Below, piece by piece: positions 27,893 through 36,972 of a stretch of DNA of 64,000 nucleotides. Below the pieces are notes generated by a model. The model worked only from the letters and a program-made list of their open reading frames with translations. It searched no databases and had not been told where the DNA came from. The position numbers and the translations under genes were made by a program. Numbering within the stretch: the stretch's first letter is position 1; each line of letters opens with the position of its first letter. The stretch is from an uncultured virus (IMG/VR IMGVR_UViG_3300021964_006850) (lineage: Duplodnaviria > Heunggongvirae > Uroviricota > Caudoviricetes), in the IMG/VR virus record IMGVR_UViG_3300021964_006850; one strand, 5' to 3'.

Positions 27893-28163
27893 TTTGTGCC
27901 TTATCGTCTATCCATATATCATAATGTGGTTTGTTAAACATAATAGAATCATATTTTACTTCCCACTCGTCTAATTGCCTTTGTGTGATTTGTCTCCAAT
28001 CCAAATGTGAATTTGCGCCTCTTGCTGTCCAGTAATGTATTTCATGGCCTTCATCATGAAGTTTGTTGAAATGTTCAATACGTTCAATAATAGGTTTACT
28101 ATTCTCATAATCACTATCTGTAGTATAGCATATTGTATTGTCAATGTCAACTATATATTTCAT
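27852..28163 (-). CDS. HAD-like phosphatase (capsule-biosynthesis phosphatase type)
   Basis: DIDNTI, WTARG, KP.YDIWIDDKA. Confidence 0.8.
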   Translation of the reverse strand: MKYIVDIDNTICYTTDSDYENSKPIIERIEHFNKLHDEGHEIHYWTARGANSHLDWRQITQRQLDEWEVKYDSIMFNKPHYDIWIDDKAQNDKEYFKRNKNTA

Positions 28164-28593
28164 TATTTTGGCCTCTAATCTTCCGAAATTGTTTGTTTTC
28201 AGGATACTGTTTGTAATATCCCTTTTCTAATAATTTGTTACTTGCTTCTTTTGTTTCATCTAATTTTTGTATTACAAATAATCTAATTGTGGGATCATTT
28301 AGATCATTTTCATAATCCATATACTTGTACTCAATAAAAAGTAAGTTTCTATCCAAAAAGTATTGTGTTCGACACAAACCAAACAGTTCTTTTCCTTCAT
28401 CTGGAAATTCTACATCGTGTAGAACAACCAATACTGCGTGTTTGTCTTTTGGAAACTCAAACATTGCTTTCATTATGTCTAAGTATTGATCAGTGTGTAT
28501 CCTTGAAACATCGCTATTGGCCCAAGGACATCGTCCTTTTGCTAATTCTTCTAAATGTGTATCTAACCATTTATCTATTTTAGCAATGTCCAT
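28147..28593 (-). CDS. hypothetical protein
   Basis: 148 aa with CPWA motif. Confidence 0.65.
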   Translation of the reverse strand: MDIAKIDKWLDTHLEELAKGRCPWANSDVSRIHTDQYLDIMKAMFEFPKDKHAVLVVLHDVEFPDEGKELFGLCRTQYFLDRNLLFIEYKYMDYENDLNDPTIRLFVIQKLDETKEASNKLLEKGYYKQYPENKQFRKIRGQNNEIYS

Positions 28594-28594
28594 A

Positions 28595-28876
28595 TTACCA
28601 CCAACCTGTTGCTACACCATATCCAAATACATTTACACAACTAAAATACATTGTTAGTAACATTACCCAAGCCGCTCCACGTCTATATGCGGCATAGGCT
28701 TGTGTTATACTCCCAATAAAGAAACCGGGATATACATACAACATATTAGGATCTCTGGCTGTTATCGCTAATGTAAGACTTGCTCCTACAGTGAAAATAA
28801 AACTAACTAATTCAAAACAAAATGCTGTTTTATCAGAGCGATAACTGTTTATCCAAAAGTCTTTTATTTTTTGCAA
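28595..28876 (-). CDS. small membrane protein
   Basis: three hydrophobic segments. Confidence 0.65.
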   Translation of the reverse strand: MQKIKDFWINSYRSDKTAFCFELVSFIFTVGASLTLAITARDPNMLYVYPGFFIGSITQAYAAYRRGAAWVMLLTMYFSCVNVFGYGVATGWW

Positions 28877-28877
28877 A

Positions 28878-29138
28878 CTACTTGTCCTTGCCGACAGTAA
28901 CTACAAGAGTTTCAAGATCATCAAACTCGTCAGCAACTTTATTCCAATCACCTTTGTGTGCAATCTTAATTGCCTTGTTAATAAGACTTGCTTTGATATC
29001 AAGTTCTTGTGATACTGCTTTTACAGTTTCCTTTAAACCTTCTTGTAAGTCTTCTACTTCTCTCATTACGTTTGCACCTTCGTTGACCAATCTTTCAAGT
29101 TTGGCTTTTTCGTCGGCTCCGTATGTTCTGCTTGACAT
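28878..29138 (-). CDS. putative dsDNA-binding protein (T4 DsbA/GapR-like)
   Basis: 86 aa helical, pattern E.EDLQE.LKETVK...ELDI...LINKAIK. Confidence 0.45.
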   Translation of the reverse strand: MSSRTYGADEKAKLERLVNEGANVMREVEDLQEGLKETVKAVSQELDIKASLINKAIKIAHKGDWNKVADEFDDLETLVVTVGKDK

Positions 29139-29142
29139 ATAA

Positions 29143-29565
29143 TTATACTCCTTTGTAAGCGTCTAACGTCTTTTGGAATTTACCAGCGTGTGATTTTTCA
29201 GCCTTTGCTAATGTTTCAAACCAATCTGCAATTTCTTCAAAACCTTCTTCTCTTGCAGTTTTAGCCATACCTGGGTACATATCTGTGTACTCATGTATCT
29301 CGCCTTGCACTGCTGAAGAAAGATTTTGTTCTGTGCTTCCGATAGGTTCGCCTGTTGCAGGATCACCTACTTCTTCTAAATATTCTAAGTGTCCATGTGC
29401 ATGACCGGTTTCACCTTCTGCGGTTGATCTGAATACTTGTGCAACTTCATTCGCGCCTTCAATATCTGCTTTTTGAGCAAAGTAAAGATATCTTCTGTTG
29501 GCTTCTGACTCACCCTGAAACGCGGCTCTTAAATTGTCTGCTGTTTTACTACCTTTTAACGTCAT
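29143..29565 (-). CDS. rubrerythrin (ferritin-like domain only)
   Basis: [32 protein letters not shown] diiron motifs. Confidence 0.9.
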   Translation of the reverse strand: MTLKGSKTADNLRAAFQGESEANRRYLYFAQKADIEGANEVAQVFRSTAEGETGHAHGHLEYLEEVGDPATGEPIGSTEQNLSSAVQGEIHEYTDMYPGMAKTAREEGFEEIADWFETLAKAEKSHAGKFQKTLDAYKGV

Positions 29566-29602
29566 AAATTTCCTGTTGTTAAATTGTTAATTTAGTTTTA
29601 TA

Positions 29603-29631
29603 ATTATATATTCTAAATTTTAAGATGTCAA
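29603..29631 (-). promoter_or_regulatory. sigma70 promoter TTGACA-N17-TATAAT
   Basis: perfect consensus upstream of rubrerythrin. Confidence 0.8.
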
Positions 29632-30174
29632 TCTTTTTGTGACATCGCTAACAAGATTTTCTAATGACTGGTTTGACCAAATGTTATGATCTTTTGGTTC
29701 GTAAGCATAAATTGGTTGTATGTTTAATAACTCTGGAATAAATTCTTTTGTAATCAAATTACCAATATATAAACTTGAACCAAGGTCTGTTCCTTCTTTT
29801 ACTGTAATATCAAACAGTGTAGGACCGTTAAACATTAACTGCTCAAACTCAACTGTATCTTTTGCTTGTATTTTAATTGGAAAAGGTCTTTGGATAAGTT
29901 CTTGTCCATTCCAAGTATACATTGGATTATCAATGGGTTGGTCAAATGTTACTTTGCCTTTCTTACCATTGATAATTGCAGGATAATCTACCAAACATTT
30001 TTCTAACGTAACTGTACCTTGGATAACTTCAATACGTATATTGTAACTATCGTGTAGGGTAGTATCTGTTTCAAATTCGTAAATTAAATTTGCAGTGCAG
30101 GATTCTTCTAATTTGTTGTTTATGAAAACTCTGTATACAGCATCATCAGTGCCGTAAACTTTTAACTTTCGCAT
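29620..30174 (-). CDS. hypothetical protein
   Basis: 184 aa. Confidence 0.65.
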   Translation of the reverse strand: MRKLKVYGTDDAVYRVFINNKLEESCTANLIYEFETDTTLHDSYNIRIEVIQGTVTLEKCLVDYPAIINGKKGKVTFDQPIDNPMYTWNGQELIQRPFPIKIQAKDTVEFEQLMFNGPTLFDITVKEGTDLGSSLYIGNLITKEFIPELLNIQPIYAYEPKDHNIWSNQSLENLVSDVTKRLTS

Positions 30175-30209
30175 AGTGTACCTTTCAGTGTGTAAAAATA
30201 CTTATGCGT

Positions 30210-30860
30210 TTATGTATCGAGGGTCTCGTCTTTTGACTTGTATGCCCAATCGTCTGTGTGTCCTACACTCCACTTGGGTGTATTTTCAACTGTGTAGTTT
30301 TGTGTGCATACTTTGAAGTCTGGAGTTTTAGCACTTGGGTTTACAAGACTCTGATCAGTCCAAACAACTCTATTATTTGGTTGAGCGGCAAACTGTCCAT
30401 TGTCAAGTTTGATAACGTTAAATGTTTTGTGTTCGGGATCGTGTTCTGAAAAGTTTGTGTTAAGAGTATTTTTATCTCTGTGGCAACTATCAATAGTAAA
30501 TACATATTCTCCCTTATGCATTTTTCTATCTTTACCAAAGAATTCACAGTCGCATAACATAGGCTTTTTAATTACTGTAATGTCGTAATCAAAGCAATCC
30601 CATATTTGTAGTGTATCTAATGGAAGTTGATTATCTTTATCGTAATCTTCTTTCCAAACAAATGCTGAAATAGGTAGTTTGTCGTATAATGCGCCGTATT
30701 CTGTTAGCAATGTTTCAAAGTAGAATGCTCTACTTTCAATACTTTTTACAGATATCCATATACCTGGAGTTAGTTCGCCATGACCTTTTTGATGATCGTA
30801 TAGGTACTCTTTTTTTACATATACTTCTACAGGTGGTAGGCTATGTACGAGAAAAGACAT
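30210..30860 (-). CDS. hypothetical protein
   Basis: 216 aa; AAGGAG SD; AATAAATA motif at 30889-30896. Confidence 0.8.
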   Translation of the reverse strand: MSFLVHSLPPVEVYVKKEYLYDHQKGHGELTPGIWISVKSIESRAFYFETLLTEYGALYDKLPISAFVWKEDYDKDNQLPLDTLQIWDCFDYDITVIKKPMLCDCEFFGKDRKMHKGEYVFTIDSCHRDKNTLNTNFSEHDPEHKTFNVIKLDNGQFAAQPNNRVVWTDQSLVNPSAKTPDFKVCTQNYTVENTPKWSVGHTDDWAYKSKDETLDT

Positions 30861-30894
30861 AAGACTCCTTAGTAAGTTAATCTATATGTATTTA

Positions 30895-31032
30895 TTATTT
30901 TTTCTTTTTACGACCGGCGCAGTGTGCTTTCTGAGAGAACCCTTTTGGGTTAGAACAGTTTATAGAGCGTTTGTACTTGTTGCTCCATTTTTCGTAGATT
31001 TTAGATTTTTCGAGAAGTTCGATGCGTTTCAT
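30895..31032 (-). CDS. 45-aa basic two-Cys peptide (missed by ORF track)
   Basis: MKRIELLEKSKIYEKWSNKYKRSINCSNPKGFSQKAHCAGRKKKK; TAATG coupling to upstream gene and fills the gap. Confidence 0.7.
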   Translation of the reverse strand: MKRIELLEKSKIYEKWSNKYKRSINCSNPKGFSQKAHCAGRKKKK

Positions 31033-31586
31033 TACATCTTAACGCAGTTGTCTACAGTCTTTCCACCTTTTTTCTTAGTGCCCATACGCTTGTAGCCTTT
31101 CCAGCATACTTTGCCGTCAACACCTTTTTGCTTTTCTTCTGGGAGTGTAGTGTAACTTGGGTTACCGCAATCAGAGCAAAGACCTAATGCGTCTTCTAAC
31201 ATAGATTCTAAAGATGATTTATAAGATTCGTCTTTCTTTTCTTTTTTGTCTTTGATAGCCTTCTTCATTGGCTCTTTTTTATCGCCGTCTTTGTCAACGT
31301 CAAGAAAGTCTGGTTTTGCTTTTTTTGCTTCTTGTACTTCGTCAAATTTTTGTTCGTAATCCATATGGTGATAAACACTGCCCATATAGTCAGCGGCTTT
31401 AGTAATTTTACTTTGCACCCAACCTTCAAGTCCTTCGCGTTCTTCAACACCTTTAAGCATATCATGCATCTTAATAGCATACTTGGCAATTTTGTACAGT
31501 TCTGCACGTGCCATTTGTACTTCGTGATCTGATTCAGCCTTGTATGCTAAATCTGCTAAACCTTCTTTCAAGTGTTTCTCTCTCAT
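31032..31586 (-). CDS. modular putative internal head protein
   Basis: modules GWVQSKITKAADY, DVDKDGD (EF-hand-like), CWKGY...NCVK separated by Glu-rich linkers. Confidence 0.6.
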   Translation of the reverse strand: MREKHLKEGLADLAYKAESDHEVQMARAELYKIAKYAIKMHDMLKGVEEREGLEGWVQSKITKAADYMGSVYHHMDYEQKFDEVQEAKKAKPDFLDVDKDGDKKEPMKKAIKDKKEKKDESYKSSLESMLEDALGLCSDCGNPSYTTLPEEKQKGVDGKVCWKGYKRMGTKKKGGKTVDNCVKM

Positions 31587-31587
31587 G

Positions 31588-32559
31588 TTAGTTCCTCTTT
31601 ACGGTTGTACCGCCCATTAAATTATTTCCCATGTCTAAAGCATTTATTGCTGTACCGTCTGCCTTTTTCTTTTGTGGTGCTTTAGGTAAACCTTTTTCAT
31701 CTTTTGGTCTGTGTCCATATGCTTGTAGTGGATTTGCCACTGAAGCAATGTTACCTGCTGATGTTGCGCCTGCTGTTGCTACTTCTTTAATACCTGCAAG
31801 TGCTTTCATTTCGTTAGCAAAGTCTGATGCTTGAGTTTGCTGTGTGTTTGATGCTCCAGACACTAATTTTGCTAATTGCATAATGCTGTCTGCTTCGTCT
31901 ACCGGCTTGTCTTTGTCAAGTGCCGCTTTACGTTTTGTTAATTCTTTTTTAAGTTCTGGATCTTTTGAAGTATTTGGATCCGCTTGTAAATCTTGGATTG
32001 CTTTTTTCTTAGCATTGTAATCATCTTTGTCTTTGGTAGGTGTGTAGTTAGATGATTCTGGAGCCGCTTGTTGTTTAGCCGCACCTTTTTCTGCTTGTTT
32101 TACCAACATCATAAACTTCTGACGCATTGCTTGATCACCAAGAATAGTTGTTAATTGTTTTGCAAATGGAGCAATTTGTTTAGCAAGGTTACCTTGTAAT
32201 GCACCGCCTGATGCAAGTTTATCTAAACCCTTTGCCATCATAGCACCCGAACCACCTTTAGCACCCATAGCCGCGCCTGCCATCTTTGCACCCTGTGCTG
32301 TTTTTTGTTGTGCTTTAGGATCAGCACCTGAAGCCATACCAGCAACTTTACCTGCAACGCCACCTTGTTGTTGTGCCGCCGCTTTAACATCACCTTTTGA
32401 AGCACCAGTAGCATTTGCTACTGCGCCTACAGCCGCATCAGCACCTTTTTGTGCTACTTTGCCAGCCGCCGCTTTTACTGCACCAGCCGCCTTTTGAGCA
32501 CCAGTTTTCATAGCGTCTAAAGGGTTTGCTTCGTTTGTTGTTAGTTCTCTCAGTTTCAT
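31588..32559 (-). CDS. Ala/Gly/Lys-rich modular putative internal head protein
   Basis: N-terminus MKLRELTTNE; low-complexity modules. Confidence 0.6.
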   Translation of the reverse strand: MKLRELTTNEANPLDAMKTGAQKAAGAVKAAAGKVAQKGADAAVGAVANATGASKGDVKAAAQQQGGVAGKVAGMASGADPKAQQKTAQGAKMAGAAMGAKGGSGAMMAKGLDKLASGGALQGNLAKQIAPFAKQLTTILGDQAMRQKFMMLVKQAEKGAAKQQAAPESSNYTPTKDKDDYNAKKKAIQDLQADPNTSKDPELKKELTKRKAALDKDKPVDEADSIMQLAKLVSGASNTQQTQASDFANEMKALAGIKEVATAGATSAGNIASVANPLQAYGHRPKDEKGLPKAPQKKKADGTAINALDMGNNLMGGTTVKRN

Positions 32560-32563
32560 ATTA

Positions 32564-34117
32564 CTATTTACCTTTTTTGCCGCCCTTCATGTTAGCACAC
32601 CAATGGTACATTTTACCCTTTTCACCACCATACTTACTTGCTTTTGCTCTTAAACTACTTACACTGCCTTTGCAACTTGCTCCGGCTTTTTTGACACGCC
32701 CTGGACGTGATTTACCCTTTTTTTTACTGTCGGCAAAGTTTTCAGGGATTAAATTAATGATAAGTCTATATGCATTAGGATCATCACTGTATTGTTCGTC
32801 ATACTGTGCATCATTATAACCGTCACCATCTTGTACCTTATAACCAAGACGTTTTAGTTGTTTTAACATATATACTTTTTCTTTGTCTCCACCATAAAAC
32901 TGTACCATAATATCTGGATCGTCTGGATTCATATCAGATTTGTCAACATTTTTAATATTAGCCATGTTAGTGCCAAGTTTCACAAAATCATAGTCTGCAT
33001 CTGATTTAACTATTGTAGTATTTTTAGGATTAGGTATTAAGTCACCTTCATCTGTTTTTTTATTAAACTTATGTGTGTATGCATCTTTATCACCACGTGC
33101 CGCCGCGGCTCTTCTTGCTTTTACTTTATCTGCTACACTTAGTTCTTCAGGTTCACGTTTCTTTTTAATAGTTGCACGTTTAGGACTACGACCAACAGTG
33201 AATCCCATAATTTCATTTGTATCTTCTTCTGCTGGTTTGTTAAAATAATCTTTTAAACTTGAAGCAGTTCTTTCAAACTTGTGATCTTTGTGTTTGAATC
33301 CTACGCCACCAGATGCTTCCCACTTGCTTACATTCTGACCAAAGTCGTCAATTAATATATTAGGTGTGCCGTCCGGATTTTTTGCATATGCTTGTTTATC
33401 TGTAGTAATAATAACTTTCTTAGGTGGAAATGCTGTTAAGTTGTTTTTAACCCATTCACGTTTATGTGGTTCTGCTCTATCATCATTTGCTAATGGAGCA
33501 GATAGAATATTGTATTCACCTTTGATATCTTTTATAATACTTAAAAGTTTATCTGCATTTGCAGTAGGTTTTAGTTTCAACCAAAAATCATCTGTATCTC
33601 TAATCTTTTGTAGTGCTTGATCAACATTTTTAATTTGTTTCCAATCACTAACACCCATCATCTTAGTCCATTCGCCGAAAAAGTCTACAAGAACACCGTC
33701 CATGTCTACGTAAATTTCTGAATCACTTGATAGTTCTTTACCTTTAAGTTCGTCAAGTTTGGATTCTTTTGCCATCTTAGTTGCTGTAGCATACATGACT
33801 GCTTCAGCATCATCGCCGTAGCGTTTTTTAAAATCTTTCTTGTTCTTTTTCATACCCTTGACGTATTTTTCTTTATCTTTTTCTTCGCCTTTGGTTAATG
33901 AACGTTCTTCAACACTTTCAGCCATGCCTAAATTAAACAGTACATTTGTTTTAGAACCTTTTACTTTTTTTGATAGTGTGGGTGGACGACCGTCCTTGTC
34001 TACAGTATTACCAAACTTGGCCGCTTGTTTCTTAATAGCATCAACGCCAACATCGGGTGTAGTGTTAACACCTTTTACAACACGACCGCCATTTTCTTTT
34101 ATATCAAGAAATCTCAT
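32564..34117 (-). CDS. modular protein with internal HAD 5'(3')-deoxyribonucleotidase (NT5C-like) domain
   Basis: IYVDMDGVLVDF, ILSAP, K..W, ILIDD..N...W...GG.G; flanked by basic modules. Confidence 0.75.
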   Translation of the reverse strand: MRFLDIKENGGRVVKGVNTTPDVGVDAIKKQAAKFGNTVDKDGRPPTLSKKVKGSKTNVLFNLGMAESVEERSLTKGEEKDKEKYVKGMKKNKKDFKKRYGDDAEAVMYATATKMAKESKLDELKGKELSSDSEIYVDMDGVLVDFFGEWTKMMGVSDWKQIKNVDQALQKIRDTDDFWLKLKPTANADKLLSIIKDIKGEYNILSAPLANDDRAEPHKREWVKNNLTAFPPKKVIITTDKQAYAKNPDGTPNILIDDFGQNVSKWEASGGVGFKHKDHKFERTASSLKDYFNKPAEEDTNEIMGFTVGRSPKRATIKKKREPEELSVADKVKARRAAAARGDKDAYTHKFNKKTDEGDLIPNPKNTTIVKSDADYDFVKLGTNMANIKNVDKSDMNPDDPDIMVQFYGGDKEKVYMLKQLKRLGYKVQDGDGYNDAQYDEQYSDDPNAYRLIINLIPENFADSKKKGKSRPGRVKKAGASCKGSVSSLRAKASKYGGEKGKMYHWCANMKGGKKGK

Positions 34118-34332
34118 TTTTTACGTCCTCTAAACTGAGGCATACCACCAGTCATGTGCGGTAAACTAAACCATAGTTTAAACCAATCTGGATCTCCAGG
34201 TTTGATTCCTTTTTCTCTTTCAATGCGTCTTTTTTCAGTGCCTGTAATAGATAAGTTTTCATCAACGACAGTTAAACCTTTAAAACTGTATTCGCCAACA
34301 CCTGCTAATTGTTTAAGAGTTTCTATATCCAT
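34114..34332 (-). CDS. small hypothetical protein
   Basis: 72 aa, LKQLAGV and IKPGDPDWFKLWF motifs. Confidence 0.7.
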   Translation of the reverse strand: MDIETLKQLAGVGEYSFKGLTVVDENLSITGTEKRRIEREKGIKPGDPDWFKLWFSLPHMTGGMPQFRGRKK

Positions 34333-35267
34333 TATGCCGCCTTAAGTTCTGCTCTTAATTCTTTTTCTAAATCACTAATATGTTTTTCATCTGGCTTAAA
34401 GTTTTCAACTACGTCTTTCATTTTACCCTTATCGCCGTCAGCGGCAACAAGTTCATCATACAGTTTCTTTCCACCATACAATGCCATCGCTACACCAACT
34501 GCTGGTAAACCATATTTTAACAAACCTTTTACAATAGGATTATCTAAATATTCTTGTACTGCTTCGATAGCATCTGAAATCCAACTAATACCCTTCCATG
34601 CCGCAATACTAAAAGTAATTAACCACTTGTTACTCCATAAAAACTTACCTACTTTGAAAACTCCACTTGCAACAGATAAAACATTTTCTTCTACTTGTTC
34701 TTCCTTACTACCAAGTATTGTTGACAAATTGTCAAACATCTTTTTGGCATAAGGTTGTGCGGACTTGGTAACACCTTTACTAAATGCTTCAAAGTTATTG
34801 TCCATAACTGCTTGACGCATTTTACTTGCACTCATTCCTGTTGCATCATCTGCATCTGGATTACGTGATAATCTTTCAAACTTAATCTCTTCAAAATCAA
34901 AGAATCCGTGATCTCTTTCAACACCGTTGTATTTTTCTAATAGTTTGCCTAACTTATCCTCACCTTCAAAAAATGTTACACTTCTGTAACCTCTTGCATA
35001 CAAATCACTTGCGGCAAACATAATATTTTTTGATAGTTCTATTTTGATATCTGGAAAACTTTTTCGAGCCCAATCTAATTTTTCATTTGGGTTTAGAGGA
35101 TCTGTTGGAAGTTTTGCGGCTCTGTCTGTTAAGAAAAGTATTGCATCACCTGGACCTTGTTTAAGTGCTTCAACAAGTAATCCGTGTCCTGTTGTTGCAG
35201 GATTAAGTCTACCCAAAGCAAAACTTACTTCTTTTCCTGATGCTTCAAATAGTTCTCTTAAAAACAT
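34332..35267 (-). CDS. cytidylyltransferase-like (HUP nucleotidyltransferase) protein with hydrophobic C-terminal module
   Basis: FALGRLNPATTGH (degenerate HxGH), MSASKMR. Confidence 0.65.
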   Translation of the reverse strand: MFLRELFEASGKEVSFALGRLNPATTGHGLLVEALKQGPGDAILFLTDRAAKLPTDPLNPNEKLDWARKSFPDIKIELSKNIMFAASDLYARGYRSVTFFEGEDKLGKLLEKYNGVERDHGFFDFEEIKFERLSRNPDADDATGMSASKMRQAVMDNNFEAFSKGVTKSAQPYAKKMFDNLSTILGSKEEQVEENVLSVASGVFKVGKFLWSNKWLITFSIAAWKGISWISDAIEAVQEYLDNPIVKGLLKYGLPAVGVAMALYGGKKLYDELVAADGDKGKMKDVVENFKPDEKHISDLEKELRAELKAA

Positions 35268-35596
35268 TAGTACTCGCCTTCTTTAAACGCATCTACTTCC
35301 TCTTCGTAAATCATTTCTGCAAGTGATTTACGTTCATCCATTGTTATTAATTTGTTTGGATCTTGTGCAATATCATATTTTTTTACATAATGATCAACAC
35401 CTTTGTTAATCATAGGTAAAATAAATTCAATTGGTTTATCAGAGTCACCTTTGTTGTAACATTCTTGACACTTAGCCATTGTTGGATAATATAGTTGTCT
35501 ATAAAATGTAGCATCATCTCTCATATGACAAAGCAAATCGCTTGGTACATCATATGATGGATTATCTTCTCTATTTAAAATATCGTCGAATTTCAT
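35267..35596 (-). CDS. hypothetical protein
   Basis: 109 aa, N-terminus MKFDDILNRE. Confidence 0.7.
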   Translation of the reverse strand: MKFDDILNREDNPSYDVPSDLLCHMRDDATFYRQLYYPTMAKCQECYNKGDSDKPIEFILPMINKGVDHYVKKYDIAQDPNKLITMDERKSLAEMIYEEEVDAFKEGEY

Positions 35597-35597
35597 A

Positions 35598-36284
35598 TTA
35601 CCACTTCCTGCAAGACCAATATCTTGCCTTATGTCTTGGACCTGGATTATCGCAGTTGTGTCTTGCTCTGAATGAGCGTCTACGTGCAGGGTTAGACTTT
35701 TTAATCTTCATGTTAGGATCACCAAAGTTAACTTTAACAACGTTACCCTTAGGATTCTTTACATATACTTTAAACTTCTTTACATCGCCTTGCATAGGCT
35801 TGCCCAGTTTAACTTTACGTCCTTGATACTCTGCCTCGTCTACAATTTCGTCTTCGTTAAACCATAGTTCGCCATATGCATTATAAAAGTCATCACCATC
35901 ATATGTTTCTTCTTCAATGTTAGCAAGTTCTCTAATTCTTGCTAATTCGTCTGCTTCAGTATTTGTACCTTCTTCATAATCGTCTTGTGCGGCATCCATA
36001 GCCATCTCGTGATCTGGACCATCGGATTGGACTACCGCTGTTGCCAGTTCATCATCAAGTTTATTATTACCATCACCTTCGCATTCACCTCTTAATGATT
36101 TTGGATCAACTTTACCGTTTACTACTTTATAGTATAAAGTACCCATACCAGTTTCTCCGTCATCACCAGTAAATTCAAACTCTACATCATATTCGTCTGT
36201 AGGCATTGCTTCATTAGTGTATCCGTAATCGTCATCAGTTTCTTTGATATTTTCACTGAGATAATCTCTAAATTTTTTAGTCAT
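35598..36284 (-). CDS. acidic-N / basic-C modular protein
   Basis: acidic body, then DE-AEYQGRKVKLGKP...RARHNC...RYWSCRKW. Confidence 0.75.
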   Translation of the reverse strand: MTKKFRDYLSENIKETDDDYGYTNEAMPTDEYDVEFEFTGDDGETGMGTLYYKVVNGKVDPKSLRGECEGDGNNKLDDELATAVVQSDGPDHEMAMDAAQDDYEEGTNTEADELARIRELANIEEETYDGDDFYNAYGELWFNEDEIVDEAEYQGRKVKLGKPMQGDVKKFKVYVKNPKGNVVKVNFGDPNMKIKKSNPARRRSFRARHNCDNPGPRHKARYWSCRKW

Positions 36285-36317
36285 ATGATCGCACCCTTTA
36301 TAATACGTATTATAAAG

Positions 36318-36325
36318 TATTTATC
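36318..36325 (-). promoter_or_regulatory. late-promoter-like motif GATAAATA
   Basis: intergenic, heads the modular-protein block. Confidence 0.6.
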
Positions 36326-36334
36326 ACAGTTTGT

Positions 36335-36604
36335 CTATACAGAGATTTCGATATCGAACTTAGAAAACCCTAAATCAAACAGTCTATTTGCTATTCTTTC
36401 AGCAACAACATTAGATTCTGCTTCATCTAACTGCTTGTGGGTATCAATAGTAAGCACTGTTTCGCCTTTATCGGACTCATATACTTCATATAGTGCTTCT
36501 GATTCTGTTAGTGCTTCGTCTGTGCAGTTTAATACTTGTTCAGCAACAATAGCATCAACATCTTCTTGCTTGCCTTGCCATACAATATTAATAAAATTAC
36601 TCAT
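36335..36604 (-). CDS. acidic hypothetical protein
   Basis: 89 aa; AGGAG SD. Confidence 0.7.
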   Translation of the reverse strand: MSNFINIVWQGKQEDVDAIVAEQVLNCTDEALTESEALYEVYESDKGETVLTIDTHKQLDEAESNVVAERIANRLFDLGFSKFDIEISV

Positions 36605-36612
36605 AATAACTC

Positions 36613-36954
36613 CTAATGGTTTAACAAGATGCTGTTAATAGTGCCATCTGTGTAAACTACTTTTGCTCTAACCCATACAAAGTTTCCAGTGAAGTTAGCA
36701 TATTTGCTGTCAGTTTCCTGAGCGGCTGTATATGAATGCACTTCAAACCAATCATCAGCAGTAGGTGTAGTAGCAAGTGACGCTTCTATACTAATTGTTC
36801 CTGTTAATCCGGAATAACTGTATTGTACAGTATGAACACCGTCTGCTCTGCTGTAATATCCGTCACCCTTGTACTTGTCTCCGGTAATAGTTTCAACTGA
36901 ACTATCGCCTGGATGAGTATTTGCTGATAAAATTATTTCACTGTTACTTGGCAT
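36613..36954 (-). CDS. hypothetical beta-rich (probably virion) protein
   Basis: 113 aa; GATAAATA at 36960-36967, 5 nt before ATG. Confidence 0.7.
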   Translation of the reverse strand: MPSNSEIILSANTHPGDSSVETITGDKYKGDGYYSRADGVHTVQYSYSGLTGTISIEASLATTPTADDWFEVHSYTAAQETDSKYANFTGNFVWVRAKVVYTDGTINSILLNH

Positions 36955-36972
36955 ACAACTATTTATCTAAAT

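Noticed and set aside
32250..32520. GCC/GCA-rich quasi-repeats
   Set aside because: Explained by Ala/Gly/Lys low-complexity coding sequence
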